NCBI GenBank assembly: GCA_964397195.1
Contig: CAYNGY010000005.1
Span: 685-64,684, forward strand
Reading direction: 5' to 3'
Source of the DNA: an uncultured Gammaproteobacteria bacterium
GTDB taxonomy: Bacteria; Patescibacteriota; Patescibacteriia; SBBC01; CAIJZX01
DNA: 64,000 nucleotides
The notes under the pieces were generated by a model. That model saw only the letters and a list, made by a program, of their open reading frames with translations. It ran no database searches and was not told the origin of the DNA. Each line of letters opens with the position of its first letter. The first letter of the stretch is position 1. The position numbers and the translations under genes were made by a program. Below are positions 29,167-39,180 of this stretch, in pieces.

Positions 29167-29423
29167 GCCGAAACGGGGCTCGGCGCGGCCTTGGGTAAGG
29201 TCGCGTCCTCAACGATCATCCCCGCGTTATCAAAGCCGACGACCTGGGTGCGATCTATCACGAGCTCCTGGTTGACCGCCGATGGGAGGAGGCGATGCGC
29301 GCGGACCACATATGATCGAATTGTTTGCGTGTCCTGATCAATCACGAGGTCAGCAACCGTGCCGAGGTGTTGTCCTGATTCGGTGCGAACATTCGTGCGG
29401 ATAAGGGCGCGCGGATTGCTCAT
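29163..29423 (-). CDS. PRC-barrel domain protein
   Basis: VRTESGQHLGTVADLVID motif; ATGA coupling to yidC. Confidence 0.8.
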   Translation of the reverse strand: MSNPRALIRTNVRTESGQHLGTVADLVIDQDTQTIRSYVVRAHRLLPSAVNQELVIDRTQVVGFDNAGMIVEDATLPKAAPSPVSA

Positions 29424-30205
29424 CCTTGGATAATTTCCTGTTTTGGCGCCGCGCTCTTTTGTAGCGGGTGCGTTTTGAGGAAAATATATTGTTGGATGAT
29501 GCCAAAGATCGACGAGGAAATCCAGTACAGCCCTAATCCGGCCGGGAGGGTGTAGGTGATATAGGCCATTAGGAGGGGCAGGGTATACATCATCGATCGG
29601 TTCATGGTGGCGGTCATGGCCTCATCCTTGGCGCCAGGCGTAGTCGGCTCGCTCGGCGCGGCGATCATTTTTGTTTGCCAGAACTGGGCCGCCCCGGTGA
29701 GGACCGCCAAGATAATGTTCCCGGCCGTTTTAACGGCGGTTAGATCAATGATCCCGAAGAATGAGCCGTTGAGTGCATGGGCGCTGAAATACGCTTGAAG
29801 GCCGCTGGCCAAGTCCTTGATGTGTTCCGGTTTCAAGAAACCGGCGGCGTCGACGGAGATACCATTTCGGAATACCTGATAAAGCTGATAGAAGACCACG
29901 AGCTGAATGATCATCGGCAAACACGAAGAGGCCGGGTTGACGCGACTTTCTTTGTACAGTTTCATTTGTTCGCGGGCCAAGCCTTCTTTGTCGCCCTTAT
30001 ATTGCTCCTGAATCGCCTTGAGCTTCGGCTGAAGCGACTGTAGTTGCCGCGAAGCGCGCATCTGCGCCAAGGTTGGGTAGTACAAGACGACGCGCACCGC
30101 GAGGGTGATGAGAATGATGGCCAGGCCGAGATCGTGGCCGGGCAAGACCTGTACTAGCCAGAGTAGCGCGTTGTAAAGTGGAACGTAGATGAAGCTGTGG
30201 AACAT
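29420..30205 (-). CDS. yidC: membrane protein insertase YidC/Oxa1
   Basis: GLAIILIT, LQPKLK, NPASSCLP, PAGLGLYW; conserved rpmH-rnpA-yidD context. Confidence 0.95.
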   Translation of the reverse strand: MFHSFIYVPLYNALLWLVQVLPGHDLGLAIILITLAVRVVLYYPTLAQMRASRQLQSLQPKLKAIQEQYKGDKEGLAREQMKLYKESRVNPASSCLPMIIQLVVFYQLYQVFRNGISVDAAGFLKPEHIKDLASGLQAYFSAHALNGSFFGIIDLTAVKTAGNIILAVLTGAAQFWQTKMIAAPSEPTTPGAKDEAMTATMNRSMMYTLPLLMAYITYTLPAGLGLYWISSSIFGIIQQYIFLKTHPLQKSAAPKQEIIQG

Positions 30206-30208
30206 AAA

Positions 30209-30487
30209 TTAAGGTATTGGATCAAAACCGCCCGCAGACCACGGATGGCAGCGGCCTATCCGTGCCGCCCCGAGCAGGGCGCCCGGTACGAGGCCGTGTT
30301 TGTTGATAGCTTGTCGAGTGTATTCTGAACATGTCGGGTGGTACTTACACGCGCCGTGGGGAAAGGCCGCGCGGAGCGGGCCGTGGTCTGGTGACAGCGT
30401 GTGCTGGTACGCGCGAATAATCGCGTTGGCGATGCGCCGCGGTATAGACGATATCGAGAAGGTGGTTGGTGAGACGATTGAGATCAT
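30209..30487 (-). CDS. yidD: membrane protein insertion efficiency factor YidD
   Basis: YQ..LSP, CKYHPTCSEY, RCHPW..GGFDP. Confidence 0.93.
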   Translation of the reverse strand: MISIVSPTTFSISSIPRRIANAIIRAYQHTLSPDHGPLRAAFPHGACKYHPTCSEYTRQAINKHGLVPGALLGAARIGRCHPWSAGGFDPIP

Positions 30488-30767
30488 GGGTTGAGAGGCC
30501 GACTATGGCCGGTCGAGTGTAGAGGATAACGTCGAGGCCGGGTTCGAGCCCACGACGCTGGATGATCGCGCGGAGCCGTCGTTTAACGGTATTCCGGGTG
30601 ACCGCTAACTTGGAAACAGTCTTTCCAACCACGAATCCGGCGCGGCCGACGGATGTAGGCGAGATCGCCGCACGGACGACAAGCGCCGCATCCCGGGCAA
30701 CGATCCGCGAGCGGCTCATATTTACGTACTCTCGTTCTCGACGGACGCGGTGTACTCGGGGGAGCAC
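30345..30767 (-). CDS. rnpA: RNase P protein component
   Basis: RAGFVVGKTVSKLAVTRNTVKRRLR; lies between rpmH and yidD; C-terminal tail overlaps yidD. Confidence 0.9.
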   Translation of the reverse strand: MLPRVHRVRREREYVNMSRSRIVARDAALVVRAAISPTSVGRAGFVVGKTVSKLAVTRNTVKRRLRAIIQRRGLEPGLDVILYTRPAIVGLSTHDLNRLTNHLLDIVYTAAHRQRDYSRVPAHAVTRPRPAPRGLSPRRV

Positions 30768-30768
30768 G

Positions 30769-30906
30769 TTAAACGCTCAGTCGTTTCCGGCCTTTGGCGC
30801 GGCGGCGCTTCAGTGTGCGACGTCCGGTCGGGGTGGCTTGGCGCGCGCGGTACCCGTGAACTCGGGCGCGGCGGCGGGCCTTTGGTTGATAGGTTCTCTT
30901 TGGCAT
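30769..30906 (-). CDS. rpmH: 50S ribosomal protein L34
   Basis: [22 protein letters not shown]...KGRKRLSV. Confidence 0.97.
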   Translation of the reverse strand: MPKRTYQPKARRRARVHGYRARQATPTGRRTLKRRRAKGRKRLSV

Positions 30907-31066
30907 AAGCCTCGGCAGTTTACCAGTCCCGCGTATTACGGTCAAAGGTGTAATATAATTACCCACACCTTCCCCAGGAAATCCACAGCATATCAACCTT
31001 TTGGCTAATTTTGGCCATTTTTTAGCCCTGTGGATTATGCTATTATTGCTTTCTAGTGAAAAACCT

Positions 31067-32431
31067 ATGAATCAGGATCAGTTATGGCAAGCGGCATTAG
31101 GTGAGCTTGAGCTGCTAATAAGTAAGGCAAACTTCACCACCTGGTTTAAGAACACCTTTATTGTCTCTGTCGACGGCCCGAAGGCCGTCGTTGGCGTTCC
31201 AAATGGCTTTACGAAGGCTTGGCTGGAGACAAAGTACAACCCGCAGATCATTCAGGCCCTGACCAATGCAAACGGGGGGCCAGTTACGGCCGTTGAATAC
31301 CGCGTCGAAAGTCGTGGTCGTGTTACCCCCGGTTCCGCCGCCGCGTCCGCCCCAACTGGTCCGGCCGCACCGAGGGTCGTGCAAAAAGTGGCTAATGTTA
31401 GCGAAAAGACGTCCGTTGACCCAAAATACGTCTTTGACACGTTTGTGGTCGGCAAGGGAAGCGAGTTAGCCTATGCCGCGGCCAAGGCGGTCGCCGATCA
31501 ACCCGGGCAAGCCTATAATCCGCTCTTTCTCTACGGGGGTGTCGGGCTTGGAAAAACCCACCTCATGCAGGCCATCGGGAACCATATTTTGGCTAAGAAT
31601 AGCCAATCTCGGGTGTTTTACGTCTCTTCTGAGCGGTTCACAAATGAGTTTATTCAGGCGGTTTCTCACGGAAATGCTGAAAAATTCAAGCAATTTTACC
31701 GAAACGTTGATGTTCTGTTAATTGATGATATCCAGTTTTTGGCCGGAAAAGAGGGAACTCAGGAGGAGTTCTTTCATACATTCAACGCCCTTCATCAGGC
31801 AAAAAAACAAATCGTGGTCACTTCTGACCGTCCGCCAAAATCCATTTCCGCTCTTGAGGCCCGGCTCGTCTCCCGTTTCGAATGGGGGATGATCGCCGAT
31901 ATTGCCCAGCCCGACCTAGAAACCCGGACGGCTATTTTGAGTGCCAAGTGCCGAGAAAAGAACTACTTACTCGACCCGGAAATTGTTCAGTACGTCGCCT
32001 CGACCGTCCAGAGCAATGTACGCGAGCTCGAGGGGGCGCTCAATCGGATTATTGCGTATCATAATCTCAATCAGACAACGCCTTCACTCGACAGCGTGAA
32101 GTCGCTGATTGGGGCCCTGTCGCCGTCTCTCAAGCGAGGCGGCATCACCCCGCGACAAGTAATCACCACCGTGGCGCAGTTCTACGACATTGCCCTTGAG
32201 GACATTGTTGGGACGAGTCGGAAGAAAGAGCTCGTTGAACCGCGTCAGATGGCGATGTATCTGTTGCGTGAAGAGCTCCACGCGTCGTTTCCGGCCATCG
32301 GGCACGAGCTCGGCGGTCGCGATCACACAACCGCGATGCACGCGTGCACGAAGGTGTCGGCCCAAATCGAAACGAACGAGAAGTTGCGACAAGATTTCGT
32401 CCTCTTAAAGCAGAAGCTCTATGGCGGATAA
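31067..32431 (+). CDS. dnaA: chromosomal replication initiator DnaA
   Basis: [40 protein letters not shown]. Confidence 0.99.
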   Translation: MNQDQLWQAALGELELLISKANFTTWFKNTFIVSVDGPKAVVGVPNGFTKAWLETKYNPQIIQALTNANGGPVTAVEYRVESRGRVTPGSAAASAPTGPAAPRVVQKVANVSEKTSVDPKYVFDTFVVGKGSELAYAAAKAVADQPGQAYNPLFLYGGVGLGKTHLMQAIGNHILAKNSQSRVFYVSSERFTNEFIQAVSHGNAEKFKQFYRNVDVLLIDDIQFLAGKEGTQEEFFHTFNALHQAKKQIVVTSDRPPKSISALEARLVSRFEWGMIADIAQPDLETRTAILSAKCREKNYLLDPEIVQYVASTVQSNVRELEGALNRIIAYHNLNQTTPSLDSVKSLIGALSPSLKRGGITPRQVITTVAQFYDIALEDIVGTSRKKELVEPRQMAMYLLREELHASFPAIGHELGGRDHTTAMHACTKVSAQIETNEKLRQDFVLLKQKLYGG

Positions 32432-32696
32432 GTTGTGAGCATCGTGTGCTCATCTATCCCTGAGTGGTGGATGAACGTGTGCCCCATTCAGTGTAGTACC
32501 TGTGTGTCGCCGACGAGTTACCCACCGCCCCATCGATCCCGGCCGCGCTCGTCCCCATTTCGTCACCCTTTCCCACACTTCATTGTCCACGTCGTCACTG
32601 CGTGTATCGGTGCTCATTACAGGGCCGTCCGGGATTCTCCCCACTCTCCACACCCCTTATTACCACCACCACAATACATAATCATTTTATAACCGT
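32432..32696. other. putative oriC (dnaA-dnaN intergenic region)
   Basis: Degenerate DnaA boxes (32518, 32569, 32583, 32635, 32644), then CCCC, a trio-like TTATTACCACCACCA and an AT-rich tract; more degenerate boxes at 30959-31037. Confidence 0.6.
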
Positions 32697-33797
32697 ATGA
32701 AGTTCATCTGCACGCAGGAAAATCTTTCACGAGGACTTCACGTTGTGTCTCGGGCTGCGAGCAAAAATGTTTCCCTCCCGATCTTGAACAACGTCTTACT
32801 CATCGCCGAGGGTGGCGCGGTTCGTTTGCAAACTACGAACCTGGAAGTGGCGATTACGACAATCGTTCGAGCGAAAATAGAAACTGAGGGTCGATATACG
32901 GTTAATTCGCGACTCTTTACCGACTTCGTGAGCACGGTAAAGGGCGACCATGTGACAGTGCAGATTGTGGGCGACGGCCTGCAGGTTCAATCGGATCAAA
33001 CCGAGACGGTGATTCGGGGTATGCCAGCCGATGAATTCCCAATTCTTCCGATCGTGCAGCAGGGGGAGTCGGTTGAAGTGCCGGCGAGTGTATTCTCTCG
33101 TGCGCTTCGAGAAGTGGTATTTGCTGTAGCGACAGATGAGACCCGACCGGAAATTTGTGGAGTATACTTATCGCTTCAACAACGGGAGTGCAACTTGGCG
33201 GCGACAGATAGCCACCGATTGTCCGAGCGGACTATCGTACTTCCGGTCGCTACGACCGCGGCAGTACACGCGATTATTCCGGCGCGGGCGGCCCAAGAAA
33301 TTCTACGGATTACCGAGGACGAGAGCGCATCAATGATTTTACAAATTGATGAGCAACAGGCGAGCGTACAATGTGGTGAAACGACGCTGGTGACTCGGCT
33401 AATCGAGGGGCAGTATCCGGAATATCGGCAACTTATTCCGAGCTCATTTGAGGTAAAAGTGACGCTCAAGAAGGATGAATTTCTTGATGCGGTGCGGGCG
33501 GCCAGCCTGTTTTCCCAGCCGGGCATCCATGACATAGCGATTAAAGTTGGAGCGGATAAAGATATCCAAATATTTGCCACAAGCACCCAGGCGGGGAGAC
33601 ACACCGCGACCGTCGCGGCCGAGGTTGACGGCGGAGAAAAAGAAGTTGTATTTAATAGCCGCTATGTGATTGACGGTATACAAAATCTTCCGGGTGACGA
33701 GATCCAGATGGAGCTTGGTGGGGCCCAGGCGCCGGGCGTATTGCGTCCGACGGCGACTGTTGGAGCGGTATACTTGATTATGCCGATTCGGCAATAG
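32697..33797 (+). CDS. dnaN: DNA polymerase III beta sliding clamp
   Basis: LPILNNVL, TNLE, ATDSHRL, LIEGQYPEY, YLIMPI. Confidence 0.98.
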   Translation: MKFICTQENLSRGLHVVSRAASKNVSLPILNNVLLIAEGGAVRLQTTNLEVAITTIVRAKIETEGRYTVNSRLFTDFVSTVKGDHVTVQIVGDGLQVQSDQTETVIRGMPADEFPILPIVQQGESVEVPASVFSRALREVVFAVATDETRPEICGVYLSLQQRECNLAATDSHRLSERTIVLPVATTAAVHAIIPARAAQEILRITEDESASMILQIDEQQASVQCGETTLVTRLIEGQYPEYRQLIPSSFEVKVTLKKDEFLDAVRAASLFSQPGIHDIAIKVGADKDIQIFATSTQAGRHTATVAAEVDGGEKEVVFNSRYVIDGIQNLPGDEIQMELGGAQAPGVLRPTATVGAVYLIMPIRQ

Positions 33798-33807
33798 TCT
33801 ATCCGTC

Positions 33808-34107
33808 GTGGATACCATCGGACGGCTTATTCATCAAAAGTCCACCCTCCCGATTCAGCATACGGAGTTGAAGGTGCTCGGCGCGGCTAATGAAGTACTC
33901 GTAGCCTACGTCCAGGGCTCAGCAGATGCGCGGGCGGTAATCTACCAGCACGAGGAGTTGACGATTAGAGTTGTGGCCCCGGTGGTGCGGGAGCATTTAC
34001 GTGGACAAGAACAGGACTGGCGAGAAAAAATCAACGCCCTACTTGAACGCCGATATGGTGGACCGCGGGTGACGCGAGTGACGTATCGAGTGGTTACTGA
34101 ACCGTAA
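33808..34107 (+). CDS. DciA/DUF721-like protein
   Basis: 99 aa directly after dnaN; LTIRVVAPVVREHL...INALL pattern. Confidence 0.6.
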   Translation: MDTIGRLIHQKSTLPIQHTELKVLGAANEVLVAYVQGSADARAVIYQHEELTIRVVAPVVREHLRGQEQDWREKINALLERRYGGPRVTRVTYRVVTEP

Positions 34108-36967
34108 CCGGAAGGCGGTCGCTCTCGACACTTTTTCCAGCAGTTGTTTTTACGACGAGGTATAAGCGATACGCGCCGGGCGTTGAGGTGGCCCACGAAA
34201 ATACAACTTGGGTGTCAGGCGGGGCAGTAACTCGGTCGAGGAGGACCTGCGTCCCGTCGGTGGCATTATTGTACAAGGAGACAGTACTAATCCCCTTCGG
34301 GTCAAAAGCATATGCCTTCACGGCGACCGGGAAGGACCCGGCGGATATTTTTTCGCCCGCCCGGGGCTGGAGGAAATAGACCGTTGTTTCTTGTTGAGCG
34401 AGCGTGTTTATAGAGACACTGGCCGAGGCCGTCGCCCCGACAGCGTCTACAGCACTAACCAAGAGCGTGTGGAACCCGTTGGTGACGCCGCCCAGATCGA
34501 ATGACGCCGAATATGGCGCCGTTGTTGTTGATCCTAGGACTTGATCGTCGAGCGTGTAGGTGACAGTGACACTGTCGCCAAAGTTAGCGAGCGAGACCTC
34601 AGTCGATAACGTAGACCCGGACACGGTGGCGTTGTTTAGTGGTGAGGCGATCGTGACAGTCGGCGTGGTTGTCGAGACGCGTCGATCACAGGAATCGTCG
34701 GCGGGCATTTTTGACAAGTAACCGTTCTTTTTTGCCCATTGCTGGATCGGCCCCTCCCATCGGGAAAACATCGGGTCGCTGGCGGGATTCTTTGGTGCAT
34801 CGCCGGTCGGATCCTCCCGATCAACATAGAACAGAATCGTGTGGGCTTCTTTTATGGTCACCTCTTTTTTGAAAGCGGCCGGCCACGATGCAACACAGGC
34901 GTCAGGGATTCTTTTACCAGACTCGGTGTCCACCGCGACCACTGTTTCATTCGCGACCGCCCCGCTCAAGGCCGGTTTCGTGCTCTTTGGTGCGACATAT
35001 GATTTAAATTTCTCCACCTTTGTTCCCTTTGTGGCTCGAATCATAAAGTTTTGCCAGATCGGAGCGGCAACAACCACGCCGTCCATCCCCCGATTCATTG
35101 CGGTGTTGTCGTTATTGCCGACCCAAACCCCGGTGGCGAGAGACGGCGTAAATCCCATCGTCCAACCATCCTTCCAGTCGTTGGTCGTCCCGGTTTTTGC
35201 GGCGACGGGACGATCGGGGAGCGTCAGGGCGTTGTGGCTACCAAATACATAGGCGCGGGCCGCGTTGTCGGACATAACGCTTTGCAACATGCGCACCGCG
35301 TTTTGGTCTACCGCACGCGTCTCGTTCTTCTTAAACTCCTCGAGCGTCTTCCCGTTTTTATCTTTAACCTCCAAAATGCCGGTGACCGGGTTCTGGAGCC
35401 CGTCGTTTGCGAGCGCGGCGAAAGCGCCGACGTGTTCGACGAGCCGAACTCCGCCGCCACCGATAGCGAGAGCTAACCCGACCTTTGATCGATCAATGGT
35501 GGAGTATCCTAATTTCTCGGCCAAGTTCAGAACATTTGGAATACCAGCGAGATATAGCGTTTTTACGGCCGGAATATTGAGTGACCCAGCGAGCGTTTGG
35601 CGCATTTTCAGTGGACCGTGCTCGCGGAAGTCATAATTATTTGGGATGAAATCTTTCCCGGATCCGTCGGGACCAAAATTGGTCTTTAAGTCGAACAATA
35701 CCGTGTCCGGCGTGTATCCCCGGGTGAAGGCGGTTAGATAGACAATGGGCTTAAAGGATGATCCGGGATTTCGAATGCCGGTGGCGGCGTTAAATTGGCC
35801 GTTATGGGCCTTGTCAAAGAAGTCGCGCGAACCAACCATGGCCAGGATTTGGCCCGTTTTCGGGTCCACCGAAACAAGAGCGGCATTATCCGCGCCGCGT
35901 TTATCATTCTTTTTTGCGCCAGCGGACACTTCCTCCTCGGCGATTTTTTGAAGCTTCGCATCCAGCGTGGTTTTTACGGACAAGCCGCCCTGTTCGACGG
36001 TTAGCTCACCATATTTTTGGACCAAGATGTCGCGAATGTAAAAAACGAAGTGCGGCGCCACAATCTTGTCTTGGAACGCCGGAACCTTCTTTAACACATC
36101 TTCTTGCATGGCGGCATCGGCTGCCTCCTGGGTGATATATCCCTGCTCAACCATATTCGACAACACGCGATGTTGGCGTTCAATTAATTGGTCGGTGTGG
36201 GACCCGCGTGGTGAATAGTAGCTTGGGATCTGGACCATTGCGGCCAAGGTCGCGCTTTCAGCTAATGTTAAGTCTTTCGCGCTAACACCGAAGTACGTGT
36301 GAGCGGCCGCCTCGACGCCATAGGCGGTCGAGCCCCAGGGAATTTCGTTGAAATATAGCTTCAGGATCTGGTCTTTATCGTATCGGCGCTCTAGCTGATA
36401 ACTGAGGATTATTTCCTTTAACTTGCGGATAAAGCTTTTTTCTTTGGTCAGGATGGCGTTCTTCACGAGCTGTTGGGTGAGCGTTGACCCGCCTTGCGCG
36501 CGCGTTCCGCGGACGATGTCGACCCAAACGGAACGGATCAGGCCGCGAACGGAAAATCCGGAATGTTTGTAATAATCTTTATCCTCGATGGCGATAACAG
36601 CGTGTATAACGTCTGGCGAAATGTCTTTCAGCTCGACGATGGTGCGCTTTTGGTCGCCGTGAATCTCATATAAGAGCGTTGAGCCATCACGCGCGTAAAT
36701 TTTTGTACTTTGCGCGACACGACGAAACTCGAGGTTGTTTGGGTTAGGAAGGGACTGGGATGCCCAGGCCACCACCAAAATAACAACCACGGCCACGCAA
36801 GCAATCCCAAAGCCGAGAAGACGAGTGATTCGCCCCCACGTCCAAAAGCGCTCGCCGGCCCGTCGTCCCAACAGTCGGTCAAAAAAACGACGGAGGCGCG
36901 TCCGTTCGCGACGCGTTTCGGATGGGACAGAGATCCGTCGATGTCGACGAAAGGATGGCCAGGTCAT
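34094..36967 (-). CDS. class A penicillin-binding protein (PBP1A) with C-terminal Ig-like domains
   Basis: GT51 motifs EDKDYYKH, GGSTLTQQ, RKLKE; transpeptidase SSFK, SLN, KTG. Confidence 0.96.
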   Translation of the reverse strand: MTWPSFRRHRRISVPSETRRERTRLRRFFDRLLGRRAGERFWTWGRITRLLGFGIACVAVVVILVVAWASQSLPNPNNLEFRRVAQSTKIYARDGSTLLYEIHGDQKRTIVELKDISPDVIHAVIAIEDKDYYKHSGFSVRGLIRSVWVDIVRGTRAQGGSTLTQQLVKNAILTKEKSFIRKLKEIILSYQLERRYDKDQILKLYFNEIPWGSTAYGVEAAAHTYFGVSAKDLTLAESATLAAMVQIPSYYSPRGSHTDQLIERQHRVLSNMVEQGYITQEAADAAMQEDVLKKVPAFQDKIVAPHFVFYIRDILVQKYGELTVEQGGLSVKTTLDAKLQKIAEEEVSAGAKKNDKRGADNAALVSVDPKTGQILAMVGSRDFFDKAHNGQFNAATGIRNPGSSFKPIVYLTAFTRGYTPDTVLFDLKTNFGPDGSGKDFIPNNYDFREHGPLKMRQTLAGSLNIPAVKTLYLAGIPNVLNLAEKLGYSTIDRSKVGLALAIGGGGVRLVEHVGAFAALANDGLQNPVTGILEVKDKNGKTLEEFKKNETRAVDQNAVRMLQSVMSDNAARAYVFGSHNALTLPDRPVAAKTGTTNDWKDGWTMGFTPSLATGVWVGNNDNTAMNRGMDGVVVAAPIWQNFMIRATKGTKVEKFKSYVAPKSTKPALSGAVANETVVAVDTESGKRIPDACVASWPAAFKKEVTIKEAHTILFYVDREDPTGDAPKNPASDPMFSRWEGPIQQWAKKNGYLSKMPADDSCDRRVSTTTPTVTIASPLNNATVSGSTLSTEVSLANFGDSVTVTYTLDDQVLGSTTTAPYSASFDLGGVTNGFHTLLVSAVDAVGATASASVSINTLAQQETTVYFLQPRAGEKISAGSFPVAVKAYAFDPKGISTVSLYNNATDGTQVLLDRVTAPPDTQVVFSWATSTPGAYRLYLVVKTTAGKSVESDRLPVTVQ

Positions 36968-37013
36968 AAACGTTGTCGATTATACCCTTTTCCTGCTATA
37001 TTTTCAAGTACCT

Positions 37014-38213
37014 ATGAGCCAACCCACCGCAGCCATACAAGACCTCTTACACCGCAATGTCTCCGAAGTTATTGAGAGTGAGCGCCTACGAATGCGCCTC
37101 CAGCGCGGCAAGCCCTTGCGAATCAAGCTCGGTATTGATCCAACCTCTCACTATTTACACCTCGGTCATGCCGTAGTGTTACGGAAGCTTCGGGCGTTTC
37201 AGCGCGCTGGCCACATCGCGGTTCTAGTAATAGGCGATTTTACGGCTCGGATTGGTGACCCGAGCGGCCGAGACACCGGGCGCCCAAGTCTGACCAAAAA
37301 GATCGTTGACGCGTATGCCGAAACGTATCTCGAGCAGGCGGGAAAAATTCTCGACTTGCGAAAGACCGAGGTTCATCGTAATAGTGAATGGCTAGAGGCC
37401 CTTTCGGCGGCCGATATCTTTAAGTTATTAGGATCAACCACGATCCAGCAATTACTTGCCCACGAAACATTCGGTGGTCGGCTAAAATCGGGGCAGCCGC
37501 TAGGCGCCCACGAAATACTCTACCCACTCCTCCAGGGCTACGACTCGGTAGCTATTGAGGCCGACCTTGAACTGGGCGGGGCTGACCAGCGCTTCAATGT
37601 TTTATTTGGGCGCGAGGTGCAGCGAGCGAACGGTATCGACGAGCAGGACGTGATGTTGATGGAATATCTGGTGGGCACTGATGGGAAAAAGAAGATGGGG
37701 AAGTCCCTGGGCAACACGATTAACCTCACCGACACGGCCGAAGACATGTTCGGCAAGATCATGTCCATTCCTGATGTGGCGATCCCGGACTACTTTCTGT
37801 TAGCAACCGATGCGGACGAGGTGTTTGTGGCCGAAGTGAAGAAGCGCCTTCGTGCAAAAAAACACAATCCACGCGATGATAAAATAGAGCTGGCTCGCCG
37901 CATTGTGACGGAGTATTTTGCGACCGATGTAGCCAGCGCGGCAGAGGAGCGGTTTACGCGGGTCCATCAGCGCCATGAACTTCCGACGTCGATGCCAGAG
38001 ATTCACATTCGGGCGGGCGAACACAATATCCTCGATCTACTCGTCAGTCATAAAATTGTCGGCAGTCGTTCGGAGGCGCGCCGGCTCGTTGAACAGGGCG
38101 GTGTGCGCGTTAATCGTCAGGCCATCACCGATTGGCAGGCCCCAATCCATGTTCTGAATGGCGCGACACTCGAGGTCGGAAAAAAACGCTTCTTTACGTT
38201 GAAGACCTCTTGA
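37014..38213 (+). CDS. tyrS: tyrosine--tRNA ligase
   Basis: GIDPT..HLGH, YPLLQGYD, GGADQ, KMGKS and a C-terminal S4 domain. Confidence 0.97.
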   Translation: MSQPTAAIQDLLHRNVSEVIESERLRMRLQRGKPLRIKLGIDPTSHYLHLGHAVVLRKLRAFQRAGHIAVLVIGDFTARIGDPSGRDTGRPSLTKKIVDAYAETYLEQAGKILDLRKTEVHRNSEWLEALSAADIFKLLGSTTIQQLLAHETFGGRLKSGQPLGAHEILYPLLQGYDSVAIEADLELGGADQRFNVLFGREVQRANGIDEQDVMLMEYLVGTDGKKKMGKSLGNTINLTDTAEDMFGKIMSIPDVAIPDYFLLATDADEVFVAEVKKRLRAKKHNPRDDKIELARRIVTEYFATDVASAAEERFTRVHQRHELPTSMPEIHIRAGEHNILDLLVSHKIVGSRSEARRLVEQGGVRVNRQAITDWQAPIHVLNGATLEVGKKRFFTLKTS

Positions 38214-39180
38214 ACGATTCGCGGTAGAAGTCGGCGGCCTCTTCTGGTGGAACCGAGTTAACGACAAGGCGAGATCCGAGCTCGAGCCCGGCCCAGACAT
38301 CGCGACGTGGCGCGATACGGAGGTACATGTGCTCGCTTTGGTCGGCGACAACCTGGTGAAGGTAGAAATTATAGGGTAGCCCCTCGCGGTTAAGGCGCTC
38401 GAGGATTTTTTTAAGAAATTTAGCCATCTCCGCGATCTCTTTGACGCTCAGTTGACTTATATTATCAACGCGTCGCCACGGCATGATCCAGGCCTCGTAG
38501 TTGTAGAGCGAGGCATATGGCGTGAGGGCACACACGGCGTCGCCGGACGCGATCCAGCGAGGGCCACGCTCTTCTTGGATAAGCAGGTCGCTGTAGTAGT
38601 CAGAGCCGTGCGTAATGCGGTATTCTTCGGCACGCTCGCGGCGGGTGACGATATGTGGAGGGACGTATTCGGAAGCGAAGATTTGCGAATGGGCGTGGTT
38701 GAGTGACGCGCCGGCCCGCCCGCCGTTATTTTTAAAAACGAGAATATACTTAATGCGCTTGTCTTTCTGAAGCGCCTTGACGCGCTGACCGTACACTCGG
38801 AGGAGTCTCGTGATGTGGGTTTCACTAAGTTGCGCGAGCTCGACCCCGTAGTCAGGGGTCTCCACAACCACTTCTTGATATCCGTATGCTTTCGGATTGT
38901 CACGACTCATGACCGGAAATAGGTTTTTGATGACCTTAATCTGCCAATGTTTCTTTCCGCCGACCTCAAGCAGGCCTCGGCCATGCATTTTTTCTATTTC
39001 GGCCGGACTAAAAATGTCATGCACCGGCCCGGTGGGGATGGTTGTTGTCTGCGTGCCCGGGTCGTGGGGACGCTTGCCACGATTTGGGGCGATAATAACC
39101 TGCCGATCGTGAATATAATCGACGCGAATCTCAGGCTTGGTCAGCCGTGTTTTTGCGGATGCGTTCGTAGAGTCGGACAT
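38194..39180 (-). CDS. GalT-like hexose-1-phosphate nucleotidyltransferase
   Basis: RGKRP, NLFP, GYQEV, FKNNG..AGASLNHAHSQ (HxHxQ). Confidence 0.88.
   Translation of the reverse strand: MSDSTNASAKTRLTKPEIRVDYIHDRQVIIAPNRGKRPHDPGTQTTTIPTGPVHDIFSPAEIEKMHGRGLLEVGGKKHWQIKVIKNLFPVMSRDNPKAYGYQEVVVETPDYGVELAQLSETHITRLLRVYGQRVKALQKDKRIKYILVFKNNGGRAGASLNHAHSQIFASEYVPPHIVTRRERAEEYRITHGSDYYSDLLIQEERGPRWIASGDAVCALTPYASLYNYEAWIMPWRRVDNISQLSVKEIAEMAKFLKKILERLNREGLPYNFYLHQVVADQSEHMYLRIAPRRDVWAGLELGSRLVVNSVPPEEAADFYRESFKRSST

Noticed and set aside
30345-30487. rnpA/yidD overlap as a frameshift or pseudogene
   Set aside because: Both proteins keep their core motifs and overlap of this pair is common
36735-37013. 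Arg-rich N-terminal extension of TyrS
   Set aside because: Antisense overlap with the PBP1A start; TyrS homology and a -10 box support the ATG at 37014
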